Assembly (NCBI GenBank): GCA_963809895.1
Contig: CAWELD010000003.1
Coordinates: 352,001 to 416,000, forward strand
Direction of reading: 5' to 3'
Origin: an uncultured Gemmatimonadales bacterium
GTDB lineage: Bacteria; Gemmatimonadota; Gemmatimonadetes; Longimicrobiales; Gaopeijiaceae
DNA: 64,000 nucleotides
Below, piece by piece: positions 20,307 through 30,369 of this stretch; the stretch's first letter is position 1, and the number at the start of each line of letters is the position of its first letter. A program made the position numbers and the translations under genes. The notes beneath the pieces are model-generated. The model saw only the letters and a program-made list of their open reading frames with translations. It was not told the DNA's origin and ran no database searches.

Positions 20307-21368
20307 ATGGCGACCACGGAGCTCAGCGACCAGAAGCAGAAGGCCCTGAATACGGCCATCAGTCAGATCGAGCGGTCGTACGGCAAGGGCGCCATCATGC
20401 GCATGGGCACCGACGGCGCCAAGGTCCAGATCGAGGCGATCTCGACGGGTGCGGTCAATCTCGATGCCGCCATCGGGATCGGCGGGATTCCCCGCGGCCG
20501 CATCAGCGAGATCTACGGCCCCGAGTCGTCGGGCAAGACGACCATCTGCCTGCATGTCATCGCCAACGCCCAACGGGCTGGAGGCGTCGCCGCCTTCATC
20601 GACGCGGAGCATGCGCTGGACGTGAACTACGCCCGCAAGCTCGGCGTGGACGTGGACAATCTGCTCGTATCGCAGCCGGACACGGGCGAACAGGCGCTGG
20701 AGATCGCCGAGGTGCTCATTCGGAGCAACGCCATCGACCTGGTGGTCATCGACTCGGTGGCGGCGCTGGTCCCGAGGGCGGAGATCGAAGGGGAGATGGG
20801 CGACACGCACGTGGGTCTGCAGGCGCGTCTCATGAGCCAGGCGCTCCGCAAGCTCACCGGTGCCGTGAACCGGTCCAAGACCTCGGTGATGTTCACCAAC
20901 CAGATCCGCGAGAAGGTGGGGGTCATGTTCGGGAATCCCGAAACCACCTCCGGCGGACGGGCCCTCAAGTTCTACGCCTCGCTCCGCATGGACATCCGTC
21001 GTATCGGAGCGGTCAAGGACGGCCAGGACGTGGTGGGGAACCGCACGCGGGTCAAGGTCGTCAAGAACAAGTGTGCGCCGCCGTTCCGCCAGGCCGAATT
21101 CGACATCATGTACAACGAGGGCATCAGCCACCTGGGACTCCTGCTCGATCTGGGCTCGGAGCTGGAGGTGGTGGAGAAGTCGGGCGCCTGGTACTCGTAC
21201 GGAGACCTGCGCCTGGGGCAGGGCAAGGAAAACGCCCGCACCTTCCTCATGGAGAACCCCGACGTGGCCGAAGAGATCGACGGCCGCGTGCGGGCAGCCC
21301 TGGATCTTCCCGGTGGAACGCCATCCTCGGACGAGGACGGCGACGACGAGGACGCGTCGGACGACTGA
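20307..21368 (+). CDS. recA: Recombinase A
   Basis: [35 protein letters not shown]. Confidence 0.99.
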   Translation: MATTELSDQKQKALNTAISQIERSYGKGAIMRMGTDGAKVQIEAISTGAVNLDAAIGIGGIPRGRISEIYGPESSGKTTICLHVIANAQRAGGVAAFIDAEHALDVNYARKLGVDVDNLLVSQPDTGEQALEIAEVLIRSNAIDLVVIDSVAALVPRAEIEGEMGDTHVGLQARLMSQALRKLTGAVNRSKTSVMFTNQIREKVGVMFGNPETTSGGRALKFYASLRMDIRRIGAVKDGQDVVGNRTRVKVVKNKCAPPFRQAEFDIMYNEGISHLGLLLDLGSELEVVEKSGAWYSYGDLRLGQGKENARTFLMENPDVAEEIDGRVRAALDLPGGTPSSDEDGDDEDASDD

Positions 21369-21399
21369 CCCGCACCCCTCCAGCGGCTCGGCTGTGCCT

Positions 21400-21441
21400 C
21401 GCGGGCCGGATCCCTCTGCGGGTCCGGCCCGCGGCGCGTTT
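21400..21441 (+). terminator. Hairpin downstream of recA
   Basis: CGCGGGCCGGATCC / GGGTCCGGCCCGCG, weak T tail. Confidence 0.5.
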
Positions 21442-21528
21442 GCCTCCGTCGAACCTCCCCGCGCTTCGGCCGTACCATTACCTTGAACACCACGCCATCT
21501 GGATAGCCATCTGCCCCCTGAGCTTGTC

Positions 21529-24171
21529 ATGAAGGCAGCCGAGATACGACAGCGCTTCCTGGACTTCTTCGAGGCCCGCGGCCACGAGGTCAGGCCCAGC
21601 TCGTCGCTCGTGCCCGCGGACGACCCCACGCTCCTCTTCACGAACGCGGGGATGGTCCAGTTCAAGAGGATCTTCCTCGGTCTGGAGGAGGTGCCCTGGT
21701 CGCGCGCGGTGACCTCGCAGAAGTGCGTGCGGGCCGGGGGAAAGCACAACGATCTGGAAGAGGTGGGCAAGACCGCTCGCCACCACACCTTCTTCGAGAT
21801 GCTGGGGAATTTCTCCTTCGGTGACTACTTCAAGCGCGAGGCTATCCGCTACGCCTGGGAGTTCCTCACCGAGGAGCTGGGGCTGGACGGGGATCGCTTG
21901 GTGGCCACGGTGCATCACACCGATGATCAGGCCGCCGAGCTGTGGCACGAGGAGGTAGGCGTCGATCCGGCACGGATCTTCCGCCTGGGCGACAAGGACA
22001 ATTTCTGGCAGATGGCCGATACGGGACCGTGCGGTCCGTGCTCCGAGCTCCACTACGACCTGCGGTCGGACGAGGAGCGGGCGGCTCCCCTCGATCGGGA
22101 CACCTTCGTGCGTCTGGGAGAGGAGGGTCGTTTCCTGGAGCTCTGGAATCTGGTCTTCATGCAGTTCGACCGCGACGAATCCGGCGAGCTCCACCCCCTT
22201 CCGGCGCCATCCATCGATACGGGTGCGGGGCTGGAGCGGGTGGCGGCGGTGCTTCAGGGCGTGGATTCCAACTTCCACATCGATCTGTTCCTCCCCCTGC
22301 TCGAGCGGGTGGCGGAAGTCGTGGGCCGGCCCTACGAGGCCGACACCGACGCCGGCGTCAGCTTCCGCGTGTTGGCGGACCACGCCCGCGCGGTGGCGTT
22401 CCTGCTCGCGGACGGCGTCTTCCCGTCCAGCGAGGGCCGGGGCTACGTGCTGCGGCGAATCCTGCGCAGGGCGGTGCGCCACGCCTGGTTGCTGGACCGG
22501 CGCGAGCCCACGCTGGTGGCCGTGGTGGACGAGGTCGTGGCCACCATGGGCGACGTCTATCCGGAGCTGGTCGAGCGACGGGAGCACCTCCTGACCACCA
22601 CCCGGGCGGAGGAGGAGCGCTTTCTCGCCACCATCGACGAGGGGCTGCAGCGGTTCGACGAAGTGGCTCCGGCCGGCCGCACCGGCACCATCTCGGGCGA
22701 CGACGCCTTCCGCCTGTACGACACCTACGGCTTCCCGCTGGACCTGACCGAGCTGATGGCCGAGGAGCGCGGCTGGACCGTGGATGAACCCGGGTTCGAA
22801 GCCGCCCTGGAGGCCCAGCGTCGACGGAGCCGGGCTGATCGCGCCGCGTCGAAGGTCACCGTGGAGGGAGCGGAGGACCTGTCGACCTGGACGGTGGCCG
22901 ACGAAGACGAGCAGGTCTTCGTGGGCTACGAGACCACCTCTGTGGAGACGGATGCGCTGGCGTGGCGCGCTAGCGGCGATCGCGTGGGGATGATCCTGCG
23001 GGAGAATCCCTTCTATCTGGAGAGCGGCGGTCAGATCTCCGACTCGGGCCGCCTCGAAGGCGAGGGCTGGGGGGTGACCGTGGACGAGGTCCGGCGCGTG
23101 GCGGGCCGCACGGCCCTGTTCGGCCCCCTCGAGGGCGCGCTTCCGGGCGAGGGTCCCATTCCGGTGCGCGCTTCGGTGGATCGGACGCTGCGGCACGATA
23201 CGGAGCGCAACCACACGGCGACCCACCTCCTGCACGCGGCGCTGCGGGGTACACTGGGCGAGCATGTCGTGCAGCGAGGCTCGCTGGTGGCGCCCGATCG
23301 GCTGCGCTTCGACTTCGCCCACACGGCGCCGATGACGCCGGAGGAGCGGGCCAGGGTGGAGCGGGACGTGAACCGCTCGGTGTGGGAAGATCGACCCGTG
23401 CTCATCGAGGAGATGGACCACGCGCACGCCGTGGCCCAGGGCGCCATGGCCCTCTTCGGTGAGAAGTACGGCGAACGCGTCCGGGTGGTGCGCATTCCCG
23501 AGGTGTCCATGGAGCTGTGCGGGGGTACGCACGTACGTCACACCGGCGAGATCGGGCTCTTCAAGATCGTCGGCGAGAGTGGCGTCGCCTCCGGCGTCCG
23601 CCGCGTCGAGGCCGTGACGGGGCCCGGCGCCTTCCGGTATTTCAGCGAGATCGAGGAGCGGGCACACGAGGCGGCGGGCGTGCTGCGAACCCAACCGGAC
23701 CATCTGGTGCAACGGGCGGAGCAACTGCTGGCCGAGAGGGAGAGTCTCGAAACACTTCTGGACGAGCTCCGCCAGGGCGGGGGCGCCGGCGAGAGCCTGG
23801 TGCGGGATACGTCCATCGAAGCCGACGGCCAGCCGGTCGTGTATCGGGCGGTGCGCCTCAAGGCCCGTGACGCCGATGACGCCCGCGCCTGGGGCGACGG
23901 CTTCCTGTCGTCGGAGAAGAGCGGCGTGGCCGTGGTGGCCGCGGAGTTCCCGGAAGACAAGCGCTCCTTCTTCGCCTTCGTGTCGGACGACCTCATCGGC
24001 CGGGGCATCCGAGCGGACGCCGTGGTACGGGCGGTGGCCGAGGTCACCGGAGGGCGTGGAGGCGGGAAGCCGCACATGGCGCAGGCCGGCGTGGGCGATC
24101 CGTCCAAGATCGACGAAGCGCTGGAGACCGGCGAGTCCGTGGTGCGGCGGCTCGCCCAGGGCGCGGGATGA
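21529..24171 (+). CDS. alaS: Alanine-tRNA ligase
   Basis: LLFTNAGM, HHTFFEMLGNFSFGDYFK, HTATHLL, ELCGGTH, GGRGGG. Confidence 0.99.
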   Translation: MKAAEIRQRFLDFFEARGHEVRPSSSLVPADDPTLLFTNAGMVQFKRIFLGLEEVPWSRAVTSQKCVRAGGKHNDLEEVGKTARHHTFFEMLGNFSFGDYFKREAIRYAWEFLTEELGLDGDRLVATVHHTDDQAAELWHEEVGVDPARIFRLGDKDNFWQMADTGPCGPCSELHYDLRSDEERAAPLDRDTFVRLGEEGRFLELWNLVFMQFDRDESGELHPLPAPSIDTGAGLERVAAVLQGVDSNFHIDLFLPLLERVAEVVGRPYEADTDAGVSFRVLADHARAVAFLLADGVFPSSEGRGYVLRRILRRAVRHAWLLDRREPTLVAVVDEVVATMGDVYPELVERREHLLTTTRAEEERFLATIDEGLQRFDEVAPAGRTGTISGDDAFRLYDTYGFPLDLTELMAEERGWTVDEPGFEAALEAQRRRSRADRAASKVTVEGAEDLSTWTVADEDEQVFVGYETTSVETDALAWRASGDRVGMILRENPFYLESGGQISDSGRLEGEGWGVTVDEVRRVAGRTALFGPLEGALPGEGPIPVRASVDRTLRHDTERNHTATHLLHAALRGTLGEHVVQRGSLVAPDRLRFDFAHTAPMTPEERARVERDVNRSVWEDRPVLIEEMDHAHAVAQGAMALFGEKYGERVRVVRIPEVSMELCGGTHVRHTGEIGLFKIVGESGVASGVRRVEAVTGPGAFRYFSEIEERAHEAAGVLRTQPDHLVQRAEQLLAERESLETLLDELRQGGGAGESLVRDTSIEADGQPVVYRAVRLKARDADDARAWGDGFLSSEKSGVAVVAAEFPEDKRSFFAFVSDDLIGRGIRADAVVRAVAEVTGGRGGGKPHMAQAGVGDPSKIDEALETGESVVRRLAQGAG

Positions 24172-24464
24172 TGCCCAGCCCGTCGCTGGAGGTGTGGCTG
24201 CGGGGCAGGGTACCCCCGCCCCCGGCCACCTTTCGAGGCTTCGTGGAGCCGTCGCGCCCCGATGCGCTCGCCACTCCGGAGGCACTGGCCGAGGCGGGAG
24301 TGGAGGCGTTGCGCAGGGCCGAGGCCGATGAAGCGGCGGCCCACGGTGGTGCCTTCGAGCTTCTGGCCGCCGACGCGCTGATCACCTATGCCTGCGAGGC
24401 GGCGCTGGACGACGCCGACGTCGACGCCGCCCTGGCGCGGGTGCGGGCGGCACTGTCGAAATGA
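24168..24464 (+). CDS. Small hypothetical protein
   Basis: Coupled at both ends by ATGA overlaps; FELLAADALITYACEAA helix. Confidence 0.65.
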   Translation: MMPSPSLEVWLRGRVPPPPATFRGFVEPSRPDALATPEALAEAGVEALRRAEADEAAAHGGAFELLAADALITYACEAALDDADVDAALARVRAALSK

Positions 24465-25291
24465 GCGCCGGCGAAGGGGCCGGCGTGGTCGATGTCCACA
24501 ACCACCTGGTTCCGGGCGTCGACGACGGAGCGCGGACGGTAGCGGACGCCCTGGCGGGCATCGAGCGCATGGTGGCGGCCGGCGTGCGACGGATCGCCAC
24601 GACGCCGCATCTGGACGCCTCGCTGGCCGAGGACCGACGGGCGTTGGACGCGCGTGTGGCGGCGGTCGAGCGAGCCTGGCAACCCGTGCGCGAGGAGGCC
24701 GCCACCCGCTATCCCGAGCTGGCGTTGGATCGGGGCTTCGAGATCCTGCTGGACGTGCCGGATCCACACCTTACCGACGCGCGGCTGCGACTGGCGGGGA
24801 CGCGCTTCGCGCTGGTGGAGTGGCGGGGGCCCCGGCTTCCCCGCGGCACGGTCGGCGTCCTGGCGGGCCTGACCGGATCCGGCATCGTGCCGGTCGTGGC
24901 GCATCCGGAGCGATACGCGCTGGGGCGCGACGTGGCTCTCGCCGAGGACTGGCGGGCGGCCGGGGCCTTGCTGCAGGTCAATCACGGCTCGCTGCACGGT
25001 CGCTACGGCAAGGAGGCCCGGGCCCGGGCGTTGGCGCTCCTGCGCGAAGGCTGGGTGGATCTCATGGCCAGCGACTTCCACGGACGCGCGCACCTGTCCA
25101 CCTACGTGGAGGAGACGCGCAACTGGTTCCAACGCCACGACGCCGAGGGCATCTTCCAGGAGCTGACCACGGTCAACCCTGGCAGGATCCTGAACGACGA
25201 GATGCCCATGCCCGTGCCCCCACTGGACGTGCCCCTGGGACCGCTGGAGCGGATCCGATCGTTCCTGAACCTGGATGGAGTGCAGACATGA
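24461..25291 (+). CDS. CpsB/CapC-type PHP tyrosine-protein phosphatase
   Basis: DVHNHLVPGVDDG, TPH, AHPERY, ASDFH. Confidence 0.9.
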   Translation: MSAGEGAGVVDVHNHLVPGVDDGARTVADALAGIERMVAAGVRRIATTPHLDASLAEDRRALDARVAAVERAWQPVREEAATRYPELALDRGFEILLDVPDPHLTDARLRLAGTRFALVEWRGPRLPRGTVGVLAGLTGSGIVPVVAHPERYALGRDVALAEDWRAAGALLQVNHGSLHGRYGKEARARALALLREGWVDLMASDFHGRAHLSTYVEETRNWFQRHDAEGIFQELTTVNPGRILNDEMPMPVPPLDVPLGPLERIRSFLNLDGVQT

Positions 25292-25872
25292 CGCAGGCGG
25301 ACGGTCCCCGGGCCCAGCTGCTGGAGTTGGCGGCGCTGGCTCGCGCCTCGGCGGATGCGCTGGACGCCGAGGTGGCCGAGATCTCGCGCCTCACCGAACA
25401 GGCGCTCCGTGACGGTCGGCGCTTGTTCTTCTGCGGCAACGGCGGCTCGGCGGCCGACGCGCAGCATCTGGCGGCCGAGTACGTGGTGCGGTTCCGGCGC
25501 GAGCGACGCCCGTTGCCCGCCATGGCCCTCACGGTGGACACCTCGGTGCTCACGGCGGGATCGAACGACTTCGGCTTCCAGGACGTCTTCGCGCGCCAGG
25601 TGCGGGCCCACGCGGGCCCGGGAGACATCCTCTTCCTGCACTCCACGAGTGGCCGGTCGCCCAACCTGTTGGCGGCGGCGGCGGCGGCCCGGGAGGTGGG
25701 GGCGACGACCGTGGCTTTTCTCGCCCGCGGCGGCGGTCCCCTCCGTGACGAGGTGGACGTGGCCATCGTGGTGCCGACCGATGTCACCGCCAGGGCCCAG
25801 GAGATCCATCTGGCGCTGGGACATATCGTATGTGACCAGGTGGACGCGGCGTTCGCGGGGGACGACGCGTGA
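25288..25872 (+). CDS. gmhA: Phosphoheptose isomerase (SIS domain)
   Basis: CGNGGSAADAQH, STSGRSPN, QEIH...H. Confidence 0.9.
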   Translation: MTQADGPRAQLLELAALARASADALDAEVAEISRLTEQALRDGRRLFFCGNGGSAADAQHLAAEYVVRFRRERRPLPAMALTVDTSVLTAGSNDFGFQDVFARQVRAHAGPGDILFLHSTSGRSPNLLAAAAAAREVGATTVAFLARGGGPLRDEVDVAIVVPTDVTARAQEIHLALGHIVCDQVDAAFAGDDA

Positions 25873-26270
25873 GCGTCCGCGAGCACCTCGAACGCGCCAG
25901 ACGTCGCGAGAAGGCGCAGACCCTCTTCTATCGGGGGCTGGCGGCACGGGCCGAAGAGGCCGGACGGACCGGGGATGCCGAGCGCCTGAACGAGCTGCAC
26001 GCCGACGAACAGCATCACCTGTCGCGGCTCACGGCGCGCCTGCTGGAGTTGGGGGCGTCACCCGCCGACCTGGGCGACGTGACGCGGCCCAGCGCCGAGC
26101 TCGAGCAGTGGGAGAGCGTCGCACGGGCCCGGGAGGCAGCGGAGGTCGACCTCTACGAGAGCCTCCTCGGCGAGGAGCTGGACGCCGAGTCGAGGACGCT
26201 TCTGGAGGCCATCGTTCAGGTCGAACGGCAGCACCGAGACCATCTGGGCGGGAAGTGGACCAGGGCGTGA
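25869..26270 (+). CDS. Ferritin/rubrerythrin-like di-iron four-helix protein
   Basis: E..FY..EQHH and E..LY..ERQH ligand pairs. Confidence 0.75.
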   Translation: MSVREHLERARRREKAQTLFYRGLAARAEEAGRTGDAERLNELHADEQHHLSRLTARLLELGASPADLGDVTRPSAELEQWESVARAREAAEVDLYESLLGEELDAESRTLLEAIVQVERQHRDHLGGKWTRA

Positions 26271-26307
26271 GCAACTGTCGTGGAGCTGACAGCAGGAGCT
26301 TTGAGGC

Positions 26308-27072
26308 ATGAACGATCTGATGGACCTTTCCGGCAAGACCGCCCTCGTCACCGGCGGATCCCGCGGCGTGGGCCGCGCCACGGCGCTGCTGTTGGCCCGG
26401 GCCGGCGCAGATGTCGCCATCGGCTACCGTACCCGCCAGGACGACGCTCAGGCGGTGGTGGAGGCCATCGAGGGCCTCGGGCGCAACGCCTACGCCGAGG
26501 CCGGTGATCTCGCCAGAGCCGACGACGCCGAACGCCTCGTGCGCCGGACCGGAGAGGTGCTGGGCGCCATCGACATCGTCGTGGTGAACCACGGGATCTG
26601 GCCCGTGGAGGACGTGCCTCTGGCCGAGATGGACGAGGCCCGTTGGCGGCGGACGCTCGCCGTGAACCTGGATTCCGTCTTCTACCTGTGCCGGGCCGCC
26701 GCGCGGGTGATGCGCGACGACGGCCGCATCGTCCTGGTGAGCTCCACGGCAGGCCAGCGGGGCGAGGCGTATCACGGCGACTACGCCGCGACCAAGGGGG
26801 GCATGATCTCGCTCGTGAAGGGATTCTGCGTGGAGCTGGCTTCCCGGGGGATCACGGTGAACGCCGTGGCCCCGGGATGGATCGACACGGAGATGGTCGA
26901 CCCGGTCTTCGAGCGCGGCGACCGCCGCGCCATCGAGGCGGGGATTCCCCTGGGCCGGGTCGCCAGCGCCGACGACGTCGCCGGCCCCATCCTGTTCCTC
27001 TGCTCCGGGCTGGCACGTCACGTCACCGGCGAGATCCTGAACGTCAACGGTGGGGCGGTGTTGGTCGGGTGA
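26308..27072 (+). CDS. SDR oxidoreductase (FabG-like)
   Basis: TGGSRGVG, YAATK, VNAVAPG. Confidence 0.9.
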   Translation: MNDLMDLSGKTALVTGGSRGVGRATALLLARAGADVAIGYRTRQDDAQAVVEAIEGLGRNAYAEAGDLARADDAERLVRRTGEVLGAIDIVVVNHGIWPVEDVPLAEMDEARWRRTLAVNLDSVFYLCRAAARVMRDDGRIVLVSSTAGQRGEAYHGDYAATKGGMISLVKGFCVELASRGITVNAVAPGWIDTEMVDPVFERGDRRAIEAGIPLGRVASADDVAGPILFLCSGLARHVTGEILNVNGGAVLVG

Positions 27073-28445
27073 CGAGCGCCGGACGTCGGGACGATTCGGC
27101 AGAGCGGGGTCCCCGGCGGGACCTGCCCGCTCCGGATGCCGTGCGCTGGATCGCGCGCACCCTCGAGGAGGCCGGATACGAGACCTGGGCGGTGGGCGGC
27201 GCCGTGCGCGACGAGCTCCTGGGCGCGGTCTCCACCGACTGGGATTTCGCCACCCGCGCGCGCCCGGGCGAGGTGCGGCGGCTCTTCCGCCGGACGGTCC
27301 CCATCGGCATCGAGCACGGCACGGTGGGCGTGCTGGCGCGCGACGGGACCCTCTACGAGGTCACCACCTTCCGGAAGGACGTGGAGACCGATGGGCGCCG
27401 CGCCGTGGTGGACTTCGCCGACCGTATCGAGGACGACCTGGCGCGGCGCGATTTCACCATCAACGCCGTGGCCTGGCACCCCCTGCGGCGGCAACTCTAC
27501 GATCCCTTCGACGGCACCGCGGATCTGGAAGCCGGGGTGTTGCGAACGGTGGGCACGCCCGCCGATCGTTTTGCGGAGGACTACCTGCGCATCCTGCGCG
27601 CGCTACGCTTCGCCGGCCGGTTCCGACTCCGGATCGAGGCCGAGACGTGGCGCGCACTCACCCAGGGCACGGGGCACCTCACGCTGCTCTCGCCCGAGCG
27701 GGTGCGCGAGGAGCTCATGAAGGTGCTGGGCGGAGATCCCGATCCCTCGGTGTCCCTCGACCTGTACCGGAGCAGCGGCGTTCTCGCCGTGACCTACCCC
27801 GAGCTGGCGGCGCTGGCCCCGGCAGCGTGGACGGCGGCCCTGGCGGAGGTTTCGCTCCTGCCGGCGTCGCGGCCACTGCTTCGCCTGACCGCGCTGCTGT
27901 CCCGGATTGGCGAGCCGCCGAGCAGGGCCGACGATCCCGATCCCGATGCCGTGAGCGGCCTCTGCCCGGCCGATGAGGTGGCGGGACGCGGGACCGTGCG
28001 TGCGGCCGCGCTACTCACGCGGCTGCGTTTCTCCAATGCCCGGATCGGGCGGGTCACGGGCCTGCTCGCGGCCGGCACGGCACCCCCGGATGCCCGGTCC
28101 GACGAGGCGACGCTGCGGCGCTGGCTCTCGCGCCGGGACCCGTCGTGCCTACCTGATCTGGTACGTCTCTGGATCACTCGCTGCCGGGCCGGGGGCGGTA
28201 CGGACCCGGGTCCGGTGATCCGGCGCCTCAGGCGGATTCTCCGGGCACGCCCCCCGTTGAGCGTGGGGGACCTGGCGCTGAACGGGCGGGACCTGATTCG
28301 GCTGGGCCTTCGCCCGGGTCCCCGGTTCGGGCGCATCCTGGAGGCGCTGCTGGAGCGGGTCCTGGACGACCCCTCCAGAAACCGGCGTGAGTGGCTGGAG
28401 GCCGAGGCGCTGGCTCTGGCCGGGGCGGAGGAGGACGAGGCGTGA
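27069..28445 (+). CDS. cca: tRNA nucleotidyltransferase (CCA-adding, class II)
   Basis: VGGAVRD..DWDFAT, DLARRDFTINA, EDYLRILR, ERVREEL. Confidence 0.88.
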   Translation: MTSAGRRDDSAERGPRRDLPAPDAVRWIARTLEEAGYETWAVGGAVRDELLGAVSTDWDFATRARPGEVRRLFRRTVPIGIEHGTVGVLARDGTLYEVTTFRKDVETDGRRAVVDFADRIEDDLARRDFTINAVAWHPLRRQLYDPFDGTADLEAGVLRTVGTPADRFAEDYLRILRALRFAGRFRLRIEAETWRALTQGTGHLTLLSPERVREELMKVLGGDPDPSVSLDLYRSSGVLAVTYPELAALAPAAWTAALAEVSLLPASRPLLRLTALLSRIGEPPSRADDPDPDAVSGLCPADEVAGRGTVRAAALLTRLRFSNARIGRVTGLLAAGTAPPDARSDEATLRRWLSRRDPSCLPDLVRLWITRCRAGGGTDPGPVIRRLRRILRARPPLSVGDLALNGRDLIRLGLRPGPRFGRILEALLERVLDDPSRNRREWLEAEALALAGAEEDEA

Positions 28446-29851
28446 GCGAGCTCGATCTCTTCGGTGGCCCGCACCCGCAGGGAGGATCCGGTACGGGTGG
28501 TGCGGGTCGGACCGGCGGGCCGTCGCCCGAGGGTGACGCACCGCTGGCGGCGCGGATGCGGCCCCGGACCCTGGAGGAGTTCCGGGGCCAGGAGCACCTG
28601 CTCGCGCCTGGAAAGGCGCTCCGCGCCATGCTCGATCGGGGGGTGCCGTCCAGCATGATCCTGTGGGGCCCCCCGGGCAGTGGCAAGACCACCCTGGCGC
28701 GGCTCATCGCCGGTGAGACGGACACGACCTTCGTCCCCTTCAGCGCCGTCACGGAGGGTATCGGCCGGGTGCGCGAGATCATCGCCGAGGCGGGTCAGCG
28801 ACTCCAGGCCACCGGCCGACGGACCATCCTCTTCTGTGACGAGATCCACCGGTTCAACAAGGCGCAGCAGGATGCTTTCCTGCCCCACGTGGAGGCGGGC
28901 ACGGTCATCCTCATCGGGGCCACCACGGAGAATCCCTCCTTCGAGATCGTGCGTCCGCTCCTCTCCCGCGCGCCGGTGTTCGTCCTCGAGGCGCTGGGTG
29001 TGGAGGACATCAGGCACATCCTCGATGCGACCCTCGACGACGAAGAGCGTGGGCTCGGCGCGTGGAAACTGCAGGTGGAGCCCGAGGTGCTGGATCGCGT
29101 GGCCGAAGAGGCGGACGGTGACGCCCGGCGCGCCCTGGGCATCCTGGAGGCGGGAGCGGCGCTCGTGGGTGAGGGCGGCGAGATCACGACCGAAGTGGCG
29201 GCGGAGGCGGTGCAGCACCGGTTCGCGGTGTACGACAAGGGCGGCGAGGAGCACTACAACCTCATCTCCGCGCTCCACAAGGCCGTGCGCGGCAGCGACC
29301 CAGACGGCGCGCTCTACTGGCTCGCCCGCATGCTGGCCGGTGGTGAGGACGGACTCTACATCGCACGGCGGCTGGTGCGCATGGCCTCGGAAGATGTGGG
29401 TCTGGCCGATCCGGTCGCCCTGCAGATCGCCCTGGCGGGCCGGGATGCCTTCCACTTCCTGGGTCCGCCGGAGGGCGAGCTCGCGCTGGCCGAGGTGGTG
29501 GTCTACCTGGCGACGGCTCCGAAGTCGAACCGCATCTACCGGGCCTGGTCCGAGGCGCTGGCGGCGGCGCGGGAGACGCCGGGCGAGGGCGTCCCCCTCC
29601 ACATCCGCAATGCGCCGACGGGACTCATGAAGGACCTGGGATACGGCAAGGGCTACCGCTACGATCCCGACGTCGAGGGTGGCGTGGCTCCCCAGCGGTA
29701 CCTGCCCGAGCGTCTGCTGGGACGCACCTTCTACGACCCCGGTCGCTTCGGGTTCGAGAAGACCCTGGCCGAGCGCATGCGCTGGTTCGCGGAGCGCCGC
29801 CGCGAGGCCGCCGCCCGCCAGGAGGAACCGCAAGAGGGCGGCTCCGGGTAG
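28442..29851 (+). CDS. rarA: Replication-associated recombination protein A (MgsA)
   Basis: [40 protein letters not shown]. Confidence 0.96.
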   Translation: MSELDLFGGPHPQGGSGTGGAGRTGGPSPEGDAPLAARMRPRTLEEFRGQEHLLAPGKALRAMLDRGVPSSMILWGPPGSGKTTLARLIAGETDTTFVPFSAVTEGIGRVREIIAEAGQRLQATGRRTILFCDEIHRFNKAQQDAFLPHVEAGTVILIGATTENPSFEIVRPLLSRAPVFVLEALGVEDIRHILDATLDDEERGLGAWKLQVEPEVLDRVAEEADGDARRALGILEAGAALVGEGGEITTEVAAEAVQHRFAVYDKGGEEHYNLISALHKAVRGSDPDGALYWLARMLAGGEDGLYIARRLVRMASEDVGLADPVALQIALAGRDAFHFLGPPEGELALAEVVVYLATAPKSNRIYRAWSEALAAARETPGEGVPLHIRNAPTGLMKDLGYGKGYRYDPDVEGGVAPQRYLPERLLGRTFYDPGRFGFEKTLAERMRWFAERRREAAARQEEPQEGGSG

Positions 29852-29859
29852 AGGGAGCC

Positions 29860-30354
29860 ATGAAGGCACATACCTCGCTCCGACTCGTCGCCGCCCTCGT
29901 GCTGTCGTGCTCCGGCGCCCTCGCGTGCGCGTCGCTGGTCAAGCGGCCGTCGGTCCGCGTGGCGGAGGTGGGCCTCGCGGACATCAGCCTCAACGGGGCC
30001 ACCGCCGAGGTCACGCTCCATGTGACCAATCCCAACGGGTTCTCCATGAACGCCAGGTCACTGGACTACCGCCTGGCCTTCCTGCCCCCGGAAATCCGGG
30101 ACAGCGCGGCGGCCGACGAGGACTGGCGTACCCTCGCCACCGGGACGACCCCCGATACGGTGCGTCTGCCGGCGAGAGACTCGACCTCGGTCACCGTGCA
30201 GATTCCTTTCGGGTATCGTGAGCTCGGCCAGGCCGTGGGCAGCTTTCTCCGAGAGGGCCGTCTACGCTATCGTTTCACAGGAGCCTTCGTCGTGGGATCG
30301 CCCGTGGGGGACTTTCGAGTTCCCTTCGATCGACGGGGACTCCTCGAACCCTGA
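29860..30354 (+). CDS. LEA type 2 / WHy-domain lipoprotein
   Basis: Lipobox ALAC, VTNPN motif. Confidence 0.8.
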   Translation: MKAHTSLRLVAALVLSCSGALACASLVKRPSVRVAEVGLADISLNGATAEVTLHVTNPNGFSMNARSLDYRLAFLPPEIRDSAAADEDWRTLATGTTPDTVRLPARDSTSVTVQIPFGYRELGQAVGSFLREGRLRYRFTGAFVVGSPVGDFRVPFDRRGLLEP

Positions 30355-30369
30355 ATCGGAGCCAGCCAC

